A stretch of DNA of 63,932 nucleotides, the filler included, from Octopus bimaculoides (lineage: Eukaryota), in the NCBI RefSeq assembly GCF_001194135.2. It is 8 parts of 5 records of this genome, joined end to end, with 100 filler letters (N's around TTAATTAATTAA, not from the genome) between each part and the next. Parts side by side here need not be neighbours in the genome. Positions count along the whole stretch, not along the records: positions 43,322 to 55,524 come from NC_068988.1; positions 55,625 to 60,799 come from NC_068990.1; positions 60,900 to 62,678 come from NC_068987.1; positions 62,779 to 63,932 come from NC_068988.1; 4 more parts are not named here. The stretch is one strand, 5' to 3'. Positions within the stretch are counted from its first letter, which is position 1. The number at the start of each line of letters is the position of its first letter. The notes under the pieces are model-generated. The model searched no databases and was not told the DNA's origin. It saw only the letters and a program-made list of their open reading frames with translations. Both the position numbers and the translations under genes were made by a program. Of this stretch, positions 50,300 to 63,872 are shown one piece after another.

Positions 50300-50760
50300 T
50301 TATCACAGGTTTTGTTGAAACTCCTGGAGTCTTGTATGCATAGCGGGCTTGCTACATGCAGCCTACTGTACCATGCTATCCGTTCTTTTCAGCTATCTAA
50401 TACTTTTATGATTATTATTATTCATATACACACAACAAATTAGACTGTTGGAAAAGGAAAATTCCTAACATCGGGCTACAACAAGTAACCTTAGATGTTA
50501 AGGATCCTCCTAAGTATCCTAGCTGTCCCTAACAACACTGTTGTCTGGAGGCTGTACTAAACTGGGTTTTATGCCCATTTCCTCTAACCATCTGTTCAAA
50601 TCATTAGGAATAGTTCCAAATGCACCTATAACTACTGGGATATATTTTACCTGCACTTTCCATAGTCTTTGTAATTCAATGGCTAGGTCCTGGTACTTTG
50701 CTATTTTACCCCTATACCTCTCATATAGATTTTTTCATCATTTGGGACTATAAAGTCAAT
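50300..50760 (-). mobile_element. R4/Dong-like LINE 3' end(s) with (AAT)n tail
   Basis: Minus strand KYQDLAIELQRLWKVQVKYIPVVIGAFGTIPNDLNRWLE; 3'UTR runs into aataataataatc. Confidence 0.85.
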
Positions 50761-51639
50761 TATCTGACTCCTCCTCCTCCTCCCCCCTTCCTCCTCCCCC
50801 CTTCCTNNNNNNNNNNNNNNNNNNNNNNNNNNNNNNNNNNNNNNNNNNNNNNNNNNNNNNNNNNNNNNNNNNNNNNNNNNNNNNNNNNNNNNNNNNNNNN
50901 NNNNNNNNNNNNNNNNNNNNNNNNNNNNNNNNNNNNNNNNNNNNNNNNNNNNNNNNNNNNNNNNNNNNNNNNNNNNNNNNNNNNNNNNNNNNNNNNNNNN
51001 NNNNNNNNNNNNNNNNNNNNNNNNNNNNNNNNNNNNNNNNNNNNNNNNNNNNNNNNNNNNNNNNNNNNNNNNNNNNNNNNNNNNNNNNNNNNNNNNNNNN
51101 NNNNNNNNNNNNNNNNNNNNNNNNNNNNNNNNNNNNNNNNNNNNNNNNNNNNNNNNNNNNNNNNNNNNNNNNNNNNNNNNNNNNNNNNNNNNNNNNNNNN
51201 NNNNNNNNNNNNNNNNNNNNNNNNNNNNNNNNNNNNNNNNNNNNNNNNNNNNNNNNNNNNNNNNNNNNNNNNNNNNNNNNNNNNNNNNNNNNNNNNNNNN
51301 NNNNNNNNNNNNNNNNNNNNNNNNNNNNNNNNNNNNNNNNNNNNNNNNNNNNNNNNNNNNNNNNNNNNNNNNNNNNNNNNNNNNNNNNNNNNNNNNNNNN
51401 NNNNNNNNNNNNNNNNNNNNNNNNNNNNNNNNNNNNNNNNNNNNNNNNNNNNNNNNNNNNNNNNNNNNNNNNNNNNNNNNNNNNNNNNNNNNNNNNNNNN
51501 NNNNNNNNNNNNNNNNNNNNNNNNNNNNNNNNNNNNNNNNNNNNNNNNNNNNNNNNNNNNNNNNNNNNNNNNNNNNNNNNNNNNNNNNNNNNNNNNNNNN
51601 NNNNNNNNNNNNNNNNNNNNNNNNNNNNNNNNNNNNNNN

Positions 51640-51687
<48 letters not shown>

Positions 51688-51701
51688 TATCATAATAATA
51701 A

Positions 51702-51913
51702 TAAGGCGGCGAGCTGGTAGAACCGTTAGCACGTGGGTGAAATGTTTAGCGGTATTTCGTCAGTCTTTATGTTCTGAGTTCAAATGCCGCCGGAGTCGAC
51801 TTCTACTTTCATCCTTTCGGGGTCGATAAATTAAGCATCAGTTGCGTACTGGGGTCGATCTAATCGACTGACCCCACAATCAAATTTCAGACCCTGTGCC
51901 TATAGTAGAAAGG

Positions 51914-51951
<38 letters not shown>

Positions 51952-52200
51952 CATCATCATCATCATCATCATCATCCTTGGCGGTGGTGAGCTGGAAGAA
52001 CCATTAGCACGCCGGGTAAAATGCTTAGCAGGATTTGTGAGTTCAAATTCCGCCGAGGTCGACTTTGCTTTTCATCCTTTGCGTACAGGGGTCGATCTAA
52101 TCGACTGGCCCCCTCCCACCAAATTTCAGGCCTTGTGCCTATAATAGAAAGGATTATGATAATAATAATAATAATAATAATAATAATTATTATTATTATT
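51702..52200 (+). mobile_element. two tandem SINE family B copies (51702-51915, 51978-52158) separated by (TAT)n/(CAT)n
   Basis: Each begins ggcgg.gagctgg and ends gtgcctata.tagaaaggattat. Confidence 0.9.
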
Positions 52201-52559
52201 ATTTTTATTATCATCGTTATGGATACGAATATAACGAAATGAAAAGATGTATAACACAGCAACACTTATCCACCGTGTCCAATTAACTATTCTGTTTTTA
52301 CAAATATCCAATTAAATATCAGACTGGTTTGATGCTTCCTCAAATCTTTGGTTGGGTGCAAGAGTAAAAGAAGACTTAGTTCGTTTTCTGTGTTTCAACT
52401 TTGGCACTCTACCAGTTGTTCGTCTGATAATCAAAGATTAGCACTGGAATTTGAAGAAATAAAATGTGGTTTACGACAGTACGAGTGATTTTGAGTGTGT
52501 GTGTGTGTGGAGAGAGCGAGAGAGAGAGTGAGGGGAGAGAAAGAGTTAGGGTAAGAGAG

Positions 52560-52621
<62 letters not shown>

Positions 52622-54460
52622 TTATATATATATGTGTATGTATGCATGCATATATGTATGTACTAGTATGTCCGTGCCGTCAAAAATGACGTCTTTTGTA
52701 CAGAAACAAACTGTAAATGGTACTTGATAAAAGAATCGACGTAATATATATTCCATATATATGATTCAGATTTGTTACTGTACATCATATATCGCCAGAC
52801 TTGTTTCTGATCAAGTCCATTTACCAAATGTAGCATATTTTGTCAATAGACAAAATAGTATGCATTTCTTGCATATATAACCTAAATATCATAATGATAT
52901 GTCTTGTATATCTAACTGATACGTTGAAACACAAATACATTAAAATATACAAATTTTATTCAATATAAGTTCACTACACATATTTCCTATGTTTAATATG
53001 AGTTTCGTTCAAAATATCTTACAAACTTCATGTCTTAAAATATACATATTTTACAAATTCAAACATTAAATATAGACATTGCACAGTGTATCATTTGTTA
53101 CTGCACATAAATTTGATGCCTTTCATTGAGTATTTTTTGTGAATACCGTTGGAATATCAGACTTGAAAGCTTCTACAAAACATGCAATCTCATGCTTAAT
53201 TAAGCGGATCTTTTTGTAAGAACCTAACGCCATAGGCATAAGTAGATGTGTATTTTCAAAGAGTTGAGATTCGTGGTGGACCTGATCATCAGTTCTAATG
53301 CTGAACTTGATAATAAATTATGTAAACAATATATAAAAATATACACAGGATGGCCCAAAAGTAGGTTTACAGTTATTCAACTATCTCTTTCACATTCATA
53401 TATTAACAGTTTAGATCTTAATTATAGAAAAAATATGAAACCATTATTCTATGCTAATTTAGTTAATTTTGTCAAGCTCCCTTTTCAGTTTGTAAGATGG
53501 AAATTTAAATGTAATAAAATGTTTTAAAAGAAATTTAAAGTGCCCATGTGATAACTGTAAACCTACACACACACACACACACACACACANNNNNNNNNNN
53601 NNNNNNNNNNNNNNNNNNNNNNNNNNNNNNNNNNNNNNNNNNNNNNNNNNNNNNNNNNNNNNNNNNNNNNNNNNNNNNNNNNNNNNNNNNNNNNNNNNNN
53701 NNNNNNNNNNNNNNNNNNNNNNNNNNNNNNNNNNNNNNNNNNNNNNNNNNNNNNNNNNNNNNNNNNNNNNNNNNNNNNNNNNNNNNNNNNNNNNNNNNNN
53801 NNNNNNNNNNNNNNNNNNNNNNNNNNNNNNNNNNNNNNNNNNNNNNNNNNNNNNNNNNNNNNNNNNNNNNNNNNNNNNNNNNNNNNNNNNNNNNNNNNNN
53901 NNNNNNNNNNNNNNNNNNNNNNNNNNNNNNNNNNNNNNNNNNNNNNNNNNNNNNNNNNNNNNNNNNNNNNNNNNNNNNNNNNNNNNNNNNNNNNNNNNNN
54001 NNNNNNNNNNNNNNNNNNNNNNNNNNNNNNNNNNNNNNNNNNNNNNNNNNNNNNNNNNNNNNNNNNNNNNNNNNNNNNNNNNNNNNNNNNNNNNNNNNNN
54101 NNNNNNNNNNNNNNNNNNNNNNNNNNNNNNNNNNNNNNNNNNNNNNNNNNNNNNNNNNNNNNNNNNNNNNNNNNNNNNNNNNNNNNNNNNNNNNNNNNNN
54201 NNNNNNNNNNNNNNNNNNNNNNNNNNNNNNNNNNNNNNNNNNNNNNNNNNNNNNNNNNNNNNNNNNNNNNNNNNNNNNNNNNNNNNNNNNNNNNNNNNNN
54301 NNNNNNNNNNNNNNNNNNNNNNNNNNNNNNNNNNNNNNNNNNNNNNNNNNNNNNNNNNNNNNNNNNNNNNNNNNNNNNNNNNNNNNNNNNNNNNNNNNNN
54401 NNNNNNNNNNNNNNNNNNNNNNNNNNNNNNNNNNNNNNNNNNNNNNNNNNNNNNNNNNNN

Positions 54461-55350
54461 NAAATACCAGAACGAATAAACAAAACCTTCATCATTGAAT
54501 CAATTAAATTCATTCTCCTGAATAATTATTTCATTTTTTTTTTGACACCAACTGCTACCGCCAAATATCGGCAATTGCGATGGGCACGAGAGCAGCACCT
54601 ACCATTGCCAACCTCACAATGGGATTCTTAAAGAAAAAAATATATCAGAATTCACTGCGAAAATTTGGAGACCCTTTCGCCCAATACATTAAAGAGAATT
54701 GGAAGAGATACTTAGATGATTGTTTCATACTCTGGAATAACAACTTAAACAAACTCCTTGAATTTAAAACACTTCTGAACAGCATCCACACAAGCATTCA
54801 ATTCACAATGGAGTACAACCAGGAGGCACTTCCATTCCTAGACATTCTAATTAAAAAACAAACAACAACAAAATTGAAACAGGCATATTTTATAAAACAA
54901 CAGATGCAAAACAATACCTTCTCTTTAGCTATTGCCATCCTAGACACACAAAAACAAACATCCCCTTCAACCTTGCAAGAAGAATATGCTCTATTGTCTC
55001 AGAGAAAATAAAAACTAGAGATTTAAGACTACAAGAACTGAAAAACGTCCTCCTAGATAGACACTACCCAATCCAACACATTAATGAAGGAATAAAACGT
55101 GCCAAATCTATCACCACCGAGACATTAAGAAAAACCAAAGACATAAACAAACCTCTCCTTAAAACACTACCCGACATTCCACATATAACCCCAGAAACAA
55201 AGAAGCATTCAGCACAATCATAGAAAACCTACCAATACTACACAAGGACTCAAAACTAAAAAGAATTTTAGGTGACATTAAAATTGTCAAAAGCAATAAA
55301 CAACCTAAGTCATTAAGGAAACTACTACTTGACTCCTGGACACTCATACA
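54461..55350 (+). mobile_element. Penelope-like element RT/thumb remnant, diverged from the 41.8-kb copy
   Basis: IAMGTRAAPTIANLTMG, WKRYLDDCFILW, FTMEYNQEALPFLDILI; then frameshifted SCHP...NIPFNLARRIC equivalent. Confidence 0.9.
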
Positions 55351-55624
55351 TATTCAAACCTGAATCTTATGAAGAAAGCATTCATATCTTGGCAATTGCT
55401 TTGTTGTTCATTTTCTATTGAACTGATTTATTTTATTCAATTACGGAATTTCAACATATACAAAAAAGTTATATATGTATGCCAACCACATTTTTGGGGT
55501 ATAAATTACTGTTCATGCTTATATNNNNNNNNNNNNNNNNNNNNNNNNNNNNNNNNNNNNNNNNNNNNTTAATTAATTAANNNNNNNNNNNNNNNNNNNN
55601 NNNNNNNNNNNNNNNNNNNNNNNN

Positions 55625-55705
<81 letters not shown>

Positions 55706-55912
55706 CACATATATATATATAGGAATGTGTATGTGTGTGTGTGTGTGTGTGTGAGAGTGTGTGTGTGTGTGTACTCATAGATAGAAATGTCAGGAATAAG
55801 GCAGAGAGGGAAGGGGAATGCACTACCCCCATGCCTGCCACACTTTCATCACCACCATCATTACTTAAATATGTAGCAAACAACATACACATACACACAC
55901 ACACATCAAAAT

Positions 55913-55943
<31 letters not shown>

Positions 55944-56155
55944 TTATACATACATTGAGAACAGTATAAGAGCATAGCAAGAAGAGAAGGAAAAAGGAAT
56001 GGCATATGGAAAAGATGGGGGAGGGAGGGAGGCNNNNNNNNNNTCAACCAGGAAATTGATGGAGATGAGTACAAATAGGAGGGGGGCAGGAGAGTTGACA
56101 TATTCACCATTATGTGTATATATTTTGTGTAATTATGTGGGTGTATAAATACACG

Positions 56156-56191
<36 letters not shown>

Positions 56192-56367
56192 TAAAAAAGC
56201 ACTAAGCACTTTAGTCACAGAGCAGGGGTGAGTGTAGGGGACTACTGGCAGTGGCAGTGACGCTGATAGTTATAGGTGTCTTATGGGAGTAGGGGCTGTT
56301 GTTTATTCCCCAAGGTCAAAAGCCATTCCAGTTATGACCATTTCATTCTTATTTTTTCAGACAGAGC

Positions 56368-56585
56368 AATCATCATCATCAGCATCATCATCGTTTAACG
56401 TCCGCTTTCCATGCTAGCATGGGTTGGACGATTTGACTGAGGACTGGTGAAACTGGATGGCAACACCAGGCTCCAATCTAAATTTGGCAGAGTTTCTACA
56501 GCTGGATGCCCTTCCTAGCGCCAACCACTCAGAGAGTGTAGTGGGTGCTTTTACGTGTCACCTGCACGAAGGCCAGTCAGGCGAA
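56368..56585 (-). mobile_element. 3' end of an RTE-type LINE (or RTE-derived SINE) with (GAT)n tail
   Basis: rc reads ...aagggcatccagctgtagaaac...catgctagcatggaaagcggacgttaaacgatgatg(atg)n, a typical RTE 3'UTR architecture. Confidence 0.7.
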
Positions 56586-57160
56586 AGATGATTGGATGTT
56601 ATTTGAGGAAGATTTGGCTGTTATTTCTGGTAGTAAATGTTGTTGATTCCTAGGTGATGGGCATGTTAGGATTCTTGGTTTTTTTTTGGTTGTGGTGATG
56701 GTGCACCTGATGATGAGTCATGTCTCATGAGGCCCACTTGTCATAAAAACACTGCCCATGCCTGGACTACACCATCGAATATGTCAGTTTCTTATTAAAA
56801 TGGTAGAGTGTAATCTGAAGGAGATTCAGCTTATTATCTCTAACGAGAGGTGAATTAGTAGGCAGTCATTAGTGCGAGATTTTTCAACCCTTTTTGCATC
56901 ACACCTATATTTGATTTTAAACACACAAAAAAATGCACCCCGTCCACTATGAACAAGGTGAGCAGATAGCTTTTAGCCAAATCTTCTGATAAGCATTACA
57001 CACCCAGCTTTGCCTCAAGGATCTAGAACATTCTGGGTCTTTATTGCATAATAGACATGGTTATGGCATAAACCATGCTTCATCTGAAACTTATGACAAT
57101 TCGTTTGTTTGTATTCCCTGTAAATAGTCAAGCCTACTTGCATTTATCTCCTTTTTTACT

Positions 57161-57290
57161 TCCACTCACAAGGCTTTGGTCAGCCTGGGGCTATAGTAGA
57201 AGATACTTCCCCAAGGTGCCATGCAGTGGGACTGAACCCAAAACCATGTCATTGGGAAGCAAACTTCTTACCACACAGCCACACCTGCAT
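57161..57290 (-). mobile_element. SINE family A, 5' half
   Basis: tccactcacaaggctttggtc...cttaccacacagccac. Confidence 0.88.
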
Positions 57291-57455
57291 CTGAGGTGCC
57301 TTGTAGTATTTGTTCCAGTTCTTTGCATTCTGAGTTTTTGAGTTGTACCCTTAACCCATCACCTAGTTTTTAGCACCATCACCAGGTAGGTGAAGATACT
57401 AAATCATCACCAGGTTACTTCTAATGACAGTTCACTCTGTTGCAAGCACCAAGAC

Positions 57456-58021
57456 CAGTGTTTCTCAACCGGGGTTCATATATATGGCCCGTCAGGGTCT
57501 ATGTAAGATTTCATTGTTAAAACTTATCTGTAACAGATTGGTTACACTTCTACAATACACAAAATATTCTAATAGTTATTTGTATACAATTCCTCATAAT
57601 ATTTAATTATAAAATACTAATAACTTGTAGGTATGCAGTATTTTGTTATGCGACCACAATATACTATAAAGTATATTAAACGCTTTTATAAGTCAATACC
57701 ATATTCTACTGTATTAACAGTGCACCTTACATTATTTGTTAAGGTTACTTCTATAGATATTCTACAGAAATTAATAGCTACGACAGATTTTTGTTACTGA
57801 TGTCTACAACATTTTCTATCTGATGTCTTATGAAACGTCAATAAAAATTAGTACTGGCTATAATTTTTATAGGATATCTGTAGAGATAACCTTAAAAATT
57901 TATTATAAAAACTTAAGATTTTTTTTTAACATGGAATGGCTAGGAAGGTACACCCAAGGAAAATAAGAATCAAGAGGGTTCATAGATGATAAAAAAAAAA
58001 CAAGCACAAAAGAAAACACTG
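57456..58021. mobile_element. hAT-like MITE
   Basis: Ends cagtgtttctcaacc / gaaaacactg; degenerate 8-bp TSD ACCAAGAC vs ATCTAGAC (6/8). Confidence 0.72.
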
Positions 58022-58559
58022 ATCTAGACAATGTCTTTGGTTCAAGAATAGCTTACTTCCTTCAGCCCACCAATCTCAGAGACCCTGAAAAAATTAAGAG
58101 GTCATGAGCACAGCCATTCCTTCCCTAGTAGCTAAAGAGTAATAAAAAAAATACAGAGGCTCCTAGATAACTCTGGGTTGTTGATGTATTGGTGGGGTGG
58201 TGGTGGTGGTGGTGGTGGTGGTGTTGAAGTAATTGTCTCTGGTTGTTGTTTTGTTGTAACCCCCCCCCACCCGCTTTCCTTCAGCAGTGGTTGAAGAGAA
58301 GGAAAAAAAAAAGAGCAAAAGAATGTAAAAATGTATCTGAGGTAGTAAATAAATAAACCACAACAAAAAAACATGCTGTGAGTTGGGGTGGGAAAGAGTT
58401 AGTTTCAATCCATAGTAACCTTCAACATCTAAAACCCCACCAGACCTCACACTACTGCACACAACTCATGACCCCTACAACAACATCAAGATGATGGACA
58501 GGAATGTCAGTTATTGGATATGGAGGGAATATTTGGGACTTTTAAAATAAAGGTCCATG

Positions 58560-59330
58560 TCAGTCTACATTGACCAAATAGGAGAAAATATCATTTCAGA
58601 GAGGTGAAATGGTGAGGTGGAAATATAGACAGATACAAAGAAAGAGAGACAGAGAGGTGGATGGGGGGGGGGGGGCGAAGAGCAAAAGGGGGAAAAAGAA
58701 AACAGAAAGAGGAGAGATAAAGAGAAGACAGAACAGAAAGTAGAGAGATAGGAGATAAACAGGTAGAGAGAGAAAGATGAGAGTGAAAAAAGATAGGGGA
58801 AAAAATGAAGATTGAAAGATAAAGATAAGGAGAGGAATAGATAGAGATGGATAAATAAAACAGAGTGAAATAGAGAGGGAGAAAGTGACAATGACATCCA
58901 GATAGAAAGAGAAAGAGAGTCAAATAAAGAAGAAATAGATAGATACACAGAGAGACAAAGATACCAGAGAGAAACAGGCAGAACAACATCAGCAGTAGCA
59001 GCGGTGTAATGAGGAGGGCACATCAACAGTGACATTGTTGGCGGGTTCAAAAGAAGGGAGTGCTTTGTTTATAAGGGAAGAAAATCAGTGTCAGCAAAGG
59101 GCCAGGATGGGTGTAAAAGATGGAGGATAAGGGGGTTGGGAGGGAGGAAATTGAGTGAGAGAAATAAGGGCGCTAAAAGAGAGTAAAGTTATGTGAGAAA
59201 ACAGATACTTCCAATATAGGGAACAGGATGGGTAAATATGGGAAGAAAAAAGGGTTAGAGAGGGAGCGGAGAAGAGGAAAGGGTGATGTGAAATTAACAA
59301 GGAAGTGAAAGCATTATAGCTAACATAAGG
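58560..59330. repeat. GA-rich low-complexity tract
   Basis: Directly visible; source of the L/S/F-rich minus-strand ORFs. Confidence 0.85.
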
Positions 59331-59704
59331 GGTGGTATAAAGTATATATATATATATATATGTAACTATACATACATGTGTGTGTGCGTGTGAGCATGAA
59401 CACTGAATGTAACAAGTAGAGTGGTTTAGTCTATTTAGGCTGATCCAGTGGCCTGCCTGTTACCCATGAGTTTCCCTCTAGAGCAGGGGTTACCAAACTG
59501 TTTTTTCACTGCAAGCCAAATAACTAAAATTTATGTTATTGACACCTGAAGGCAGTACTGACATTGGTGACGAGGGTATTCAGGAGATAAAGGAATGTAA
59601 TTAAGTACCTAAAAGCTGAACAGTGTTTTCTTCTCTCCCTACCTTTCTGCACTCTGTTTAATCGCTTCCACCACCCACTACTTCCCTCCTCGTAATAATC
59701 CTTT

Positions 59705-59905
59705 TTTACTATAGGCACAAGGTCTAAAATTTGCTGGAAATGGCCTGTCAATTACATTAACCCCAGTGTTCAACTGTTACGTAATTTTATCAACCCTGAA
59801 AGGATGAAAGGCAAAGTCAACCTTGGTGGAGTTCAAACATAAAACCAGAAATGCTGCTATGGATTTTTTTTTTTATCTGGTGGTCTAATGATCCTGCCAG
59901 CTCAC
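59705..59905 (-). mobile_element. SINE family B, degenerate
   Basis: actataggcacaagg...aaggatgaaaggcaaagtcaacc...gccagctcacc. Confidence 0.8.
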
Positions 59906-60372
59906 CATTTTCCAAGAGCACAATCAGAAATTGAATGAAAGAGCTGAGAGGGGCTATAGTCAATTATATCCACCCCAGAATCTGAAGTATGAAAAGCATA
60001 CTGGAACTTAATGGAATTGAACTCTAAATATACAAAAAGAATATATATATCTTGCCCTATTCTGAAAGATACAAAGCATAATGAGTGGAATGAACTCAGA
60101 TCATAAAAGAAGGCAACTGAATGTGATATAAAGTATCTGTTTTTACCATGATATTAATGCTCATGGGGGTAACACCCTTCTCAATAATAGTGATAAAAGC
60201 AATAACAAGGGTAGCAAGAGATAAGCACTTCAACAATACAAGATGACCCAATTGTAAAGTATGTTAACAAGGTTAACAACTACGATAAGGAAACGGAAAC
60301 AATAAGGTTAAGAAAAGGAATTTTATACACACACACACACACAATATATATAGATATATATATATATATATA

Positions 60373-60580
60373 TTCTTTTACTTGTTTCAGTTATTTGACA
60401 GCGGCCATGCTGGAGCACCACTTTTGGCTGAACAAATCGACCCCAGGACACTTATTCTTCGTAAGCCTAGTACTTATTCTATCAGTCTCTTTTTGCCGAA
60501 CCACTAAGTGACTGGACATAAACACACCAACATCGGTTGTCAAGTGATGGTGGTGGGGACAAACACAGAAACACAAATAC
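60373..60580 (-). mobile_element. SINE family A, 3' half, running into microsatellite and gap
   Basis: ttttacttgtttcag...gcggccatgctggagcacc...ggggacaaacacag. Confidence 0.9.
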
Positions 60581-60899
60581 ATACATACATACATATATAT
60601 AGATACATATATATATACATACATATATATATATACATACATATATACATATATATACATACATATATATATACATACATATATATACATATATATATAC
60701 ATACATATATACATACATATATACATACATATATACATACATATATATATAATACATATATACATACATATATATATACATACATACATATTTACATACN
60801 NNNNNNNNNNNNNNNNNNNNNNNNNNNNNNNNNNNNNNNNNNNTTAATTAATTAANNNNNNNNNNNNNNNNNNNNNNNNNNNNNNNNNNNNNNNNNNNN

Positions 60900-60956
<57 letters not shown>

Positions 60957-61257
60957 GTGTGTGTTCATGTGTATGTGTGCATAAAATACAATGACTGCGT
61001 GCACGATTGCGTGAGAGCGTGCATATTCATGCATGTGTTTCTTCATGCATCTATGTCAATCTCTCTGCATACACCTCCCACCAACTTTCACGGGCATCCC
61101 ATATTTATACACATGCATGTTTACACAAGTGGGTGGGAATGTATATTTATATATATTCACATAATTCTTAAAGTAGATTCATTGCTTGGGAGTAATTAAA
61201 AAAAAAGAGATGCAACGAGGGAAAATTTCACACACATACATACCTACAGGAAGACGT

Positions 61258-61298
<41 letters not shown>

Positions 61299-61382
61299 TG
61301 CATTTAAACGTTAAAGATTTTTCTAATTGAAACATATGTGAGCAATTAACAAGTATGACCTAAACTAGAAAAAATAAATATA

Positions 61383-61456
61383 AGCACCCATGGGAGTCGA
61401 ACCGCGTATACTGTCGCATGCCAGTCGACCGCATTACCGATTACACCAAAAGGGCT
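61383..61456 (-). pseudogene. tRNA-like pseudogene or isolated SINE head (Ala-like, GGC loop)
   Basis: rc: ggtgtaatcggtaatgc-gtcga-ctGGCat-gcgac...ggttcgactccc; A/B-box-like motifs present, but acceptor and T stems are mispaired. Confidence 0.4.
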
Positions 61457-61524
61457 CGAAAGCAATTAAGCTATTAGCACTTATAAATGTTGTTTACGAG
61501 AGAGAGGTTTGTTACTTCCCTTGT

Positions 61525-62013
61525 ATTGGTGGTTGGCACTCCGTCGGTTACGACGACGAGGGTTCCAGCTGATCCGTTCAGCGGAACAGCCTGCTCGTGA
61601 AATTAACGTGCAAGTGGCTGAGCACTCCACAGACAGGTGTACCCTTAACGTAGTTCTCGGGGATATTCAGCGTGACACAGTGTGACAAGGCTGACCCTTT
61701 GAATTACAGGTACAACAGAAACAGGAAGAAAGGGTGAGAGAAAGTTGTGGTGAAAGAGTACAGCAGGGTTCGCCACCATCCCCTGCCGGAGCCTTGTCGA
61801 ACTTTAGGTGTTTTCGATCAATAAACACTCACAACGCCCGGTCTGGGAATCGAAACCACGATCGTACGACCATGAGTCCGCTGCCCTAACCTACGTTAAG
61901 GGGTACACGTGTCTGTGGAGTGCTCAGCCACTTGCACGTTAATTTCACGAGCAGGCTGTTCCGTTGATCGGATCAACTGGAACCCTCGACGTCGTAAGCG
62001 ACGGAGTGCCAAC
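61525..62013. mobile_element. SINE family C (-, 61525-61891) fused head-on to an inverted 3' fragment (+, 61892-62013)
   Basis: 61892-62013 is the reverse complement of 61532-61652. Confidence 0.9.
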
Positions 62014-62778
62014 AACAATGGACAGATTGTGTTGCCAGAAGAAAAACATCCGTCGCAATAGGGAACACGATTTCTTTTTTATGTAATTTTTCTTATATCT
62101 AATGAGTTCTCATTGCCCCCAAGAATTTCATTTTTACCCAACTTCGGGTAATTTATCTCGGTTCGCCGACCCCTGATCTAGTGAAAAAAAGCTACGGTGA
62201 CCTACCCTTCTTTAACGGTTTTTTTTATGGGTTACGCTATAGCACACTTCTCTTCAAACCAGATATCAGTTCCGCCATCATTTCAGCCGCCACAACAATC
62301 CGGGCGCAGCCGTTAGCCACTCCAAATATGCAACGATTATGTATGTATACATATATGTATGTATGCATACAAGTATGTATGTACACACACAAATATGTGT
62401 GGGTATGTATATTTGTATATGTATCGATATATACATACACACAAACACACACACACACACACATATTTATATATATACTTCCTATGTGTATGGATTTATA
62501 TCTGCATCTGTCTATCCGTATGTATGCATGTATGTATCCATGTCATATATATATATAAATATGAACCCCCAACCCCTAACTCTCTCACGTTATATATATA
62601 TATATATATATATATAATATGTTTTTACACACACACACACACACAGATACATACGTGCATGTTTATAACTGCAATGTTNNNNNNNNNNNNNNNNNNNNNN
62701 NNNNNNNNNNNNNNNNNNNNNNTTAATTAATTAANNNNNNNNNNNNNNNNNNNNNNNNNNNNNNNNNNNNNNNNNNNN

Positions 62779-63103
62779 GAAAGCGAGGGAGTGCAGCTTT
62801 CAAAATTCATCTCTTAAAAACATTTAACTTAACGGTAAACCACTGGTTTCTCAATCAAATACAGAAAAACTGTGAAGTAACCTGCATTCTTTTGTTCATC
62901 AGTACACGTATGGTCAAGATACATAAAAATAAACAAGAATCAACATACCATCGTGGTATGTATCTTGACCATACGTGTACTGATGAACAAAAGAATGCAG
63001 GTTACTTCACAGTTTTTCTGTATTTGATTGAGAAACCAGTGGTTTACCGTTAAGTTAAATGTTTTTAAGAGATGAATTTTGAAAGCTGCACTCCCTCGCT
63101 TTC
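62779..63103. repeat. perfect 147-bp inverted repeat with a 31-bp spacer, abutting a gap
   Basis: 62779-62925 is the rc of 62957-63103 with no mismatch seen. Confidence 0.95.
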
Positions 63104-63488
63104 AGTAAATATGTTGCTTATTTTTTGGTAGTTTTTGACTTATTTAGTCCCTCGAAGCGTGAGGCATTACTACACAGTTAATGCCCTTTATATAAATTTA
63201 TATATGAAAAAATGATGAATTTTTTTCATTACGAAATTTCTTCATTATTTTTTTCATTATGAGGTTTTTTCACGCTGACTACTTGATAAATTCTTATAAA
63301 GAATTTATCCTATATTATATTATATATATATATATAGTAAGCAAAGCTATATCCACACAGAAAACACACAAGCTCACTCAGGCACAGACGCATACACACA
63401 CAGAGAGATGCAAACGCATGCGCAGATAAGGATACGCACAACAGAAAGCCTGAATGGGCTGAAAAAATGACAATCCCGAAATATAACA

Positions 63489-63542
<54 letters not shown>

Positions 63543-63836
63543 GTCATGACAAATGCGAAGATTGGAGTGTGCAAGTCGTCTTCCATTTACAATTACTTGA
63601 TCTTAATTCAATACAATCAGCCTTGCAACACTATGTAATAATACATTGAGCTATTGATTATTTTCCATGTGCCATTCAGGTTAATCTTAACAACATGCTG
63701 ATTAAGATTCTTCAGGATTGTTTATACGGTAAGCACCACGGTTGCATAATTCATTGAAATTATTATTATAGGAATATATACATATGTAAATGTATTTACA
63801 TGTATATGTATATCTTTCTCCCTCTCTCTCTTTCTT

Positions 63837-63872
<36 letters not shown>

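Noticed and set aside
53342-53374. Tc1/mariner-like TIR fragment (tacacaggatggcccaaaagtagg)
   Set aside because: Single end only, with no partner TIR or transposase; too short to annotate.
59485-62176. hAT-like ends caggggttaccaaact (~59486) and gttcgccgacccctg (~62175) as one element
   Set aside because: The TIR sequences do not match each other well and the 8-bp flanks differ; probably unrelated fragments.
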